Source: Candidatus Peribacterales bacterium (GTDB lineage: Bacteria > Patescibacteriota > Gracilibacteria > Peribacterales > Peribacteraceae). Taken from it: 64,000 nucleotides of DNA. The translations under genes and the position numbers were made by a program. Positions 58,311-64,000 of this stretch are shown here, piece after piece. Under the pieces are notes generated by a model. The model had not been told where the DNA came from. It was given only the letters and a program-made list of their open reading frames with translations, and did not search any database. Location: positions 181,488 through 245,487 of the forward strand of contig JAGVDM010000006.1 in assembly GCA_020058765.1 (NCBI GenBank), read 5' to 3'. Numbering within the stretch: position 1 is the stretch's first letter; each line of letters starts with the position of its first letter.

Positions 58311-58931
58311 ATGAAGAACTTCTTTAATCCCACGGTCGGCGTGATCACCGGTACGATCGCTGCACTGCTCTTGGTGCCGGTTGTCGCCTTCACGCAAGAC
58401 GGCCTTGTATCCGCAGACGCGGCTATGGCCGCTCGTAGCACGCAGCTTGCGCTGCTCCTCGCCTTCATCGGCGCAGGTATGGCAACGGTTCTCCCATGTT
58501 TGGGTTCCATCCTTGGCGTGTCCATGGTGGGTCAGTCTGGCGCTGGTCTTCTTACCGAAAAGCCTGAGCTCGCCGGTAAGGTGATCACCCTCGCGGTGCT
58601 CCCTGGTTCTCAGGGTCTGTACGGCATGGTTATCTCCCTGCTGTTCATCTTCAGCTACGCACCATTCATCTCTGATCCAAACGTCAACGTAACTACGCTT
58701 CAGGGATTCATTCTTTTCTCGGCATTCATTCCAGTAACCATCACGTGTCTTACATCTGCCCCATACCAGGCAAAGGTGTGTAGCGCAGGTATGCACATGC
58801 TCGCGAAGGACGGCAAGCTTGCTGGTCGCGTGATCACGATGGCGGCTCTCGTGGAGACATACGCTCTTCTCGGATTCCTCATCTCGTTCTTCATGTTGAA
58901 CGCCTTCCAGGCAAGCGTACTCGCTTCGTAA
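58311..58931 (+). CDS. atpK: V/A-type ATPase proteolipid subunit K (c), duplicated four-helix form with an extra N-terminal helix
   Basis: Two hairpins. TM2 carries LPGSQGLYGMV and has no carboxylate. TM4 carries AALVETYALLGF with the conserved Glu. Confidence 0.8.
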   Translation: MKNFFNPTVGVITGTIAALLLVPVVAFTQDGLVSADAAMAARSTQLALLLAFIGAGMATVLPCLGSILGVSMVGQSGAGLLTEKPELAGKVITLAVLPGSQGLYGMVISLLFIFSYAPFISDPNVNVTTLQGFILFSAFIPVTITCLTSAPYQAKVCSAGMHMLAKDGKLAGRVITMAALVETYALLGFLISFFMLNAFQASVLAS

Positions 58932-58958
58932 GCACTTCTCTCTTTTCCACCTTTCGCA

Positions 58959-59516
58959 ATGGCTCTCCAGGACATCCTTGCGGCAATCAGCGTAGAAGCG
59001 GATCGGCAAATCGCCGAAGCTCGCACCGCGCACCAAAATGCGCTCACGCAGATTCGCCAGCAGAGCGAGCAATCGCTCGATCGTAAGCGGCAAGACATCT
59101 CCGCCCAAAAGGAGCAGAAGCTTGAGCAGATGCGCCGCAAGGCGGAGGTCCATGCAGACACGCAGCTCCGCAATGCGCAGCTGCAAAAGAAGCGGGAGAT
59201 TCTCGATCGCATCTACCAGAAGGCGATTGAATCTCTCTCGCAGCTCCCCGACAAAGACGTGGAAGCACTCCTCAAGGCTTGCCTTGAGAGCATCCACGAC
59301 AAAGGGGAAATCCGCCCAACCAAAAAGCACGTTGCACTCATGCAGCGTCTTGTTGGTGGCGACCTCACCCTGGGCGACCCTGTGGAAGGTGCAGGTGGAT
59401 TCATTTTTGTTTCTGAAAAGCGCGAACAGGACTTCCGCTTTGAAACCTTGGTGCAGGACGTTCTGCGACCAAAGACGGAGCTGGAGCTTGCGCACTCTTT
59501 ATTTACTGCCGCATGA
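58959..59516 (+). CDS. atpE: V/A-type ATPase subunit E
   Basis: A long N-terminal charged helix (ILAAISVEADRQIAEARTAHQNALTQIRQQ...) with a globular C-terminus, at the expected operon position. Confidence 0.75.
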   Translation: MALQDILAAISVEADRQIAEARTAHQNALTQIRQQSEQSLDRKRQDISAQKEQKLEQMRRKAEVHADTQLRNAQLQKKREILDRIYQKAIESLSQLPDKDVEALLKACLESIHDKGEIRPTKKHVALMQRLVGGDLTLGDPVEGAGGFIFVSEKREQDFRFETLVQDVLRPKTELELAHSLFTAA

Positions 59517-60526
59517 CACAGCTCCCCGCTTACGTCGATCAGGCTTACGCATTCGCCCACGGGCGAATCGGCGTGCTGCAGCAACTGCTGTTGAATCGCA
59601 GCGATGTTGATCGTCTGCTCGGTTCACATGATCTACATGATGCGGAAAAGATCCTGACAGAGCTGAGGCTTACTACCCAGATCCCACAGGGGGTCAATCG
59701 CGAGGAAGACGTACTCGACCTCGTAAGTCTCTGGGTTCGTTCGGAGGTAGAGCACATGTCTCCTGAAGGGAAAGTAGACGTCTTTGGCGTCCTCTGGATG
59801 GAGTCCGATGCGCCGCTCTTGAGCTACTTGCTCAAGCAGCATTTCGGTCTTACATCCAGCATTAGCCATGAGCCAAAGAGTGCGCTTTCCTCCTTGGATC
59901 CTACGCTCGTCCGCCAGTATCTCGCCGAGGGGAAGAGCGACATACTGCCGGAGCAATTGATGGTATTCATTCAAGAAATGCTCAAGAAAGAGTCTCCCAC
60001 TCCTATGGAAATCGACGCTGCCGTATCGCAATACATTGCCACTCGACAGCTGGAACTCGCACGACGCAGTGGGAGCTACGGCATTCAGCAATTCACACGC
60101 CACAACATAGACGTTCGCAACATCCGCACAGCGCTCCGCTTGCTCGATTCTACGAGCACGGAGCGCATGTCGGAATTGCTTACAGGAGGCTCGGTAAAGC
60201 CATCTGCGCTGAACGGTGATCGTGCGTCTATTGCTCGCGCCGTGGAAGAAGCCGGCCTCGGCTACGGTTTGGCAGCACTCATCCGCAAGCAAGAGACGGA
60301 TTGGAACGATATGGAGCGCGCACTCTCCGATGTGCTCGCGGAAGATGTTGCTGTGCTGTGGAACGTTCCGCTCTCGGTAGAACCGCTGTTCGCCTTCGCT
60401 GCATTAACGCTTTCGCAGTTGGGTCTGCTTCGTGTTCTGCTTATTGGGAAGCGCAGCGGCCTTTCCCCGCAGGAAATTAAAAAGATCCTCCCTCCGTTTA
60501 TTCCCGCTACTCATTACGTGCTCTGA
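59513..60526 (+). CDS. atpC: V/A-type ATPase subunit C (d)
   Basis: A 337-aa helical protein. Operon position and size fit subunit C. It overlaps the subunit E stop by 4 nt. Confidence 0.7.
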   Translation: MTQLPAYVDQAYAFAHGRIGVLQQLLLNRSDVDRLLGSHDLHDAEKILTELRLTTQIPQGVNREEDVLDLVSLWVRSEVEHMSPEGKVDVFGVLWMESDAPLLSYLLKQHFGLTSSISHEPKSALSSLDPTLVRQYLAEGKSDILPEQLMVFIQEMLKKESPTPMEIDAAVSQYIATRQLELARRSGSYGIQQFTRHNIDVRNIRTALRLLDSTSTERMSELLTGGSVKPSALNGDRASIARAVEEAGLGYGLAALIRKQETDWNDMERALSDVLAEDVAVLWNVPLSVEPLFAFAALTLSQLGLLRVLLIGKRSGLSPQEIKKILPPFIPATHYVL

Positions 60527-60529
60527 TCC

Positions 60530-60883
60530 ATGCCTGCCTACAAGCTCGCCATCGTCGGTGCCCCAGAAGCCATTGCAGGGTTTAGCCTGCTTGGTGCTGT
60601 GGTAGTACCAGCGTTGTCGGCAACGCAAGCCGTGGATCAGCTCATGAAGCTGAAGCGCGAAACGCAAATCGATGAGAACGGCGTTGAGCGTCCTGTGTAT
60701 GCGATCGTCTTCATTACAGAAGACCTCGCAAGCGGCATCTCGCCCGATGATGAGAAGCGCCTCGCTAAAGGCGCGCTCCCGGCGATTATTCCGCTCCCCT
60801 CCCATCGCGGCTCCACTGGCTACGGTATGCAGCGCCTCAAGCGCATTGTGGAACGTGCAGTCGGTTCCGACATTCTTCAGTAA
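60530..60883 (+). CDS. atpF: V/A-type ATPase subunit F
   Basis: A 117-aa protein (KLAIVGAPEAIAGFSLLG...VFITEDLA) with the typical subunit F pattern and position. Confidence 0.75.
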   Translation: MPAYKLAIVGAPEAIAGFSLLGAVVVPALSATQAVDQLMKLKRETQIDENGVERPVYAIVFITEDLASGISPDDEKRLAKGALPAIIPLPSHRGSTGYGMQRLKRIVERAVGSDILQ

Positions 60884-60910
60884 ACCATCTCTCTTCATTC
60901 CCTCATTTCT

Positions 60911-62710
60911 ATGTCCAAGCCCACCATTGTGAAAGTTTCGGGCCCCCTCGTCGTCGCTTCCGGTATGAGGAACGCGAAGATGTATGAGGTCGTCCGTGTT
61001 TCCAAAGAGAACCTCGTCGGTGAAGTGATCGAACTTCACGGCGACCGTGCATCGATCCAGGTGTACGAGGAAACGAGCGGTATCGGACCTGGCGAACCCG
61101 TGGAGCTCACGGGTCAAACGCTGTCTGTTGAGCTCGCTCCTGGACTACTTACGTCGATCTACGACGGTATCCAACGCCCGTTGGAGCTCATTCAGAACCA
61201 GGCAAAGAGCCCGTTCATTTCCCGTGGCATCAACGTGCCAGGGTTGGACCGTAAGAAGAAGTGGGATATGAAAGCCGTGGCGAAAGAGGGCGCCATGGTG
61301 GAAGGAGGTGATGTGCTTGGCGCAGTACAGGAGACAACACTGATCGAACACCGCGTGATGGTGCCACCACACGTAAAAGGCAAATTGCTTTCGGTGAAGT
61401 CCGGATCATTCACAATCGAAGACACGATTGCAGTGATCGAGGATGCAGAAGGAAAGAAACATGACGTCTGCATGCTTCAGCGCTGGCCAATCCGTATTCC
61501 ACGTCCAATCGGCAAGAAGTTGCTCCCCAACGAACCACTCGCAACTGGTATGCGTATCTTGGATACGCTCTTCCCCATTGCACGCGGCGGTGCAGGCGCA
61601 ATCCCTGGCCCATTCGGTGCAGGAAAGACAGTGACACAGCAATCGCTTGCTAAGTACTGCAACGCTCAGGTGATTGTGTACATCGGTTGCGGCGAGCGCG
61701 GCAACGAGATGACGGAAGTGCTCACAGAGTTCCCTCACCTGGAAGACCCGAACACGGGTGAGCCGCTCATGAAGCGCACAATCTTGATTGCGAACACATC
61801 GAACATGCCAGTGGCTGCACGCGAAGCAAGCGTGTACACCGGTATCACTCTCGCAGAGTACTACCGCGACATGGGCTACGACGTCGCTCTCATGGCCGAC
61901 TCCACATCTCGTTGGGCAGAGGCTATGCGCGAAATGTCGGGACGCTTGGAAGAAATGCCAGGCGAAGAAGGCTACCCAGCCTACCTCGGCTCCCGCACAG
62001 CAGGGTTCTACGAACGTGCAGGGATCATTCAATGCTTGGGTGGCGAAAACCGCCGCGGATCACTCACGGTGATCGGTGCCGTGTCGCCTCCAGGAGGAGA
62101 CTTCTCCGAACCAGTGACGCAGAACACGCTCCGTGTAACGAAGGTGTTCTGGGCGCTGGATGCGAAACTCGCGTATAAGCGTCACTTCCCAGCTATTAAC
62201 TGGCTCCAGAGCTACTCTCTGTACCTCGATAGCTTGAAGGGGTACTACGATCGCGAAGTCGCAGACGACTTCGTAACAAACCGCGAGCGTGCGATGACCA
62301 TTCTGCAAGAAGAGAGCAAGTTGGAAGAAATCGTCCGCCTCGTGGGTACGGATTCTCTCTCTCCACGCGAGCAGCTCACATTGGAAATTGCACGCATGAT
62401 CCGTGAAGACATGCTATTCCAGAACGCATTCGAAAAAGCTGATGCGTACACTTCGCTCAAGAAGCAGTACCGCATCCTACGGGCGATTCTCACCTTTATG
62501 GATAGTGCATTGCCGATCATTTCCCACGAAGATTTCGAGTTCATCAATCTGCAGAAATTGCAGGTAAAGGAACAGATCGCCCAGGCGCACTTGATCGCCG
62601 AAGAAGAAATGGAAAAGTTCGACCTCCTCGAACAGGAGATCATCAAGCAAATTGGCACACTACGCACTGGTGATATGTCCAAGGCTTCCAAGGAAGCCGT
62701 TTCCGCTTAA
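60911..62710 (+). CDS. atpA: V/A-type ATPase catalytic subunit A
   Basis: VSGPLVVA, Walker [45 protein letters not shown]. Confidence 0.95.
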   Translation: MSKPTIVKVSGPLVVASGMRNAKMYEVVRVSKENLVGEVIELHGDRASIQVYEETSGIGPGEPVELTGQTLSVELAPGLLTSIYDGIQRPLELIQNQAKSPFISRGINVPGLDRKKKWDMKAVAKEGAMVEGGDVLGAVQETTLIEHRVMVPPHVKGKLLSVKSGSFTIEDTIAVIEDAEGKKHDVCMLQRWPIRIPRPIGKKLLPNEPLATGMRILDTLFPIARGGAGAIPGPFGAGKTVTQQSLAKYCNAQVIVYIGCGERGNEMTEVLTEFPHLEDPNTGEPLMKRTILIANTSNMPVAAREASVYTGITLAEYYRDMGYDVALMADSTSRWAEAMREMSGRLEEMPGEEGYPAYLGSRTAGFYERAGIIQCLGGENRRGSLTVIGAVSPPGGDFSEPVTQNTLRVTKVFWALDAKLAYKRHFPAINWLQSYSLYLDSLKGYYDREVADDFVTNRERAMTILQEESKLEEIVRLVGTDSLSPREQLTLEIARMIREDMLFQNAFEKADAYTSLKKQYRILRAILTFMDSALPIISHEDFEFINLQKLQVKEQIAQAHLIAEEEMEKFDLLEQEIIKQIGTLRTGDMSKASKEAVSA

Positions 62711-62739
62711 ATCCCCCCTTCGTCTTCCTCCCCATTCCT

Positions 62740-64000
62740 ATGTCTACCGCGTACAAGACCGTTACCGACATCGCAGGACCACTCCTCTTCGTAGAAGAAG
62801 TGGAGGGTGTCACCTACGATGAGCTCTGCGAAGTGGAGCTACAATCCGGGGAGAAGCGCCTCGGCAAAGTGCTGGAGGCACGCTCCGGACTGGCTATCGT
62901 CCAGCTCTTCGAATCCACACAAGGTATTACTACCGAGGGCACCAAGGTGCGCTTCCTCGGTCGAACCTTCGAGCTTGGCGTGTCGGAAGACATGCTTGGC
63001 CGCATCTTCTCGGGCTCTGGCCGCCCAATCGACGGCGGACCGGACATTGTCCCAGAGAAGAAGCTGGATATTAACGGCGCTCCGATCAACCCCTACTCTC
63101 GTGAATTCCCAGAGGACTTCATTCAGACGGGTATTTCCACGATCGACGTGCTCAATACGCTGGTGCGCGGCCAGAAGCTCCCGATCTTCTCGGGTGCTGG
63201 TTTGCCACATTCACAGCTCGCTGCACAGATCGCCCGCCAGGCACGCGTGTTGCATAAGGAAGAAGTAGAAACAGAGGGCGCAAGCGGCAGCGATGCAAAG
63301 GCAGAAGGAAAGTTCGCCGTGGTATTCGGCGCCATGGGTGTCACCTTCGAGGAAGCACAGTTCTTCCAGCAAGAATTCGAGAAGACCGGTGCGCTCTCTC
63401 GCGCAGTGCTCTTCCTCAACACAGCAGACAACCCTGTGGTGGAACGTATTGCTACTCCTCGCCTCGCACTCACAGCAGCGGAATATCTTGCATACGAAAA
63501 GGACTACCACGTCACGGTGATCCTCACCGACATGACGAACTACTGTGAAGCATTGCGTGAAGTGTCTGCTGCCCGCAAAGAAGTGCCTGGTCGCCGCGGC
63601 TACCCAGGCTACCTGTACACAGACCTTGCTACTGTGTACGAGCGCGCCGGACGTATTAAGGGCAAGAAGGGTTCCATCACGCAGATTCCGATTCTCACCA
63701 TGCCGGAAGACGACGTGACGCACCCAATCCCAGACCTTACGGGCTACATTACCGAGGGCCAGATCCGTCTGGATCGCGGTCTGCATCAGAAGGGCGTGTA
63801 CCCGCCTGTCATCCCGATGGGCTCGCTTTCCCGCTTGAAAGGAAAGGCACAGGGGGAAGGTGTGACACGCAGCGACCACAGCGGTGTAGACGCACAGCTC
63901 ACGGCAGCCTACGCACGCGGCGTAGAAGTACGCGAACTCGCTGTGATCCTTGGAGAATCGTCTTTGAGCGAAACCGACAAGGCATACCTCAAGTTTGCCG
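62740..64000 (+). CDS. atpB: V/A-type ATPase subunit B (3' end lies outside the window)
   Basis: The frame is open from the ATG at 62740 to the window end, so it is absent from the ORF track. By-hand translation gives [23 protein letters not shown]...[15 protein letters not shown]...[27 protein letters not shown]. Confidence 0.9.
   Translation, partial: MSTAYKTVTDIAGPLLFVEEVEGVTYDELCEVELQSGEKRLGKVLEARSGLAIVQLFESTQGITTEGTKVRFLGRTFELGVSEDMLGRIFSGSGRPIDGGPDIVPEKKLDINGAPINPYSREFPEDFIQTGISTIDVLNTLVRGQKLPIFSGAGLPHSQLAAQIARQARVLHKEEVETEGASGSDAKAEGKFAVVFGAMGVTFEEAQFFQQEFEKTGALSRAVLFLNTADNPVVERIATPRLALTAAEYLAYEKDYHVTVILTDMTNYCEALREVSAARKEVPGRRGYPGYLYTDLATVYERAGRIKGKKGSITQIPILTMPEDDVTHPIPDLTGYITEGQIRLDRGLHQKGVYPPVIPMGSLSRLKGKAQGEGVTRSDHSGVDAQLTAAYARGVEVRELAVILGESSLSETDKAYLKFA

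Overview
Gene-dense bacterial chromosomal segment with about 60 protein genes on both strands. I found no rRNA, tRNA, CRISPR array, transposase or integrase. Hand-counted 60-nt lines give a GC content in the mid-50s percent. The standard genetic code applies (TGA, TAA and TAG all terminate good ORFs), and GTG and TTG starts are frequent.

Recognisable content:
- Protein export: secD.
- Nucleotide metabolism: thyA-folA, pyrG, pyrD, guaA.
- Translation and housekeeping: proS, gatB, efp, def, trmD.
- DNA repair: nth, a DnaQ-like exonuclease and a Cas4-like PD-(D/E)XK nuclease.
- Envelope genes: WecB, TagA, an O-antigen-ligase-like protein, a GT2 glycosyltransferase, an M23 peptidase, a DipZ-like protein, a DsbA-like protein and an SLH protein.
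- An ECF sigma / anti-sigma pair.
- A fermentative and ion-motive energy set: flavodoxin plus 2-oxoacid:ferredoxin oxidoreductase, ADP-forming acetyl-CoA synthetase, iPGM, a membrane pyrophosphatase and a V/A-type ATPase operon in the order G/H-I-K-E-C-F-A-B (B runs off the window end).

This mix, the very tight packing and the many lineage-specific ORFs fit a small-genome, monoderm-like, possibly Patescibacteria/CPR-like organism. That is inference only.

No known defence or mobile system is visible. The best candidates for something new are:
1. A promoter-led operon of three ORFan proteins (247, 1154 and 1232 aa) ending in a Cas4-like nuclease.
2. A SecD with a complete parvulin foldase domain inserted in its periplasmic head, preceded by a lipoprotein that looks like a free copy of the SecD P1 base, with no adjacent secF.
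3. A conserved C-rich stem-loop of about 45 nt in the leaders of folA and pyrD.
4. An SLH-domain secreted protein translationally coupled between the alpha and beta subunits of the oxidoreductase.
5. A general replacement of Shine-Dalgarno sequences by C/U-rich tracts upstream of start codons.

All domain calls come from motif recognition by eye. No database search was run.
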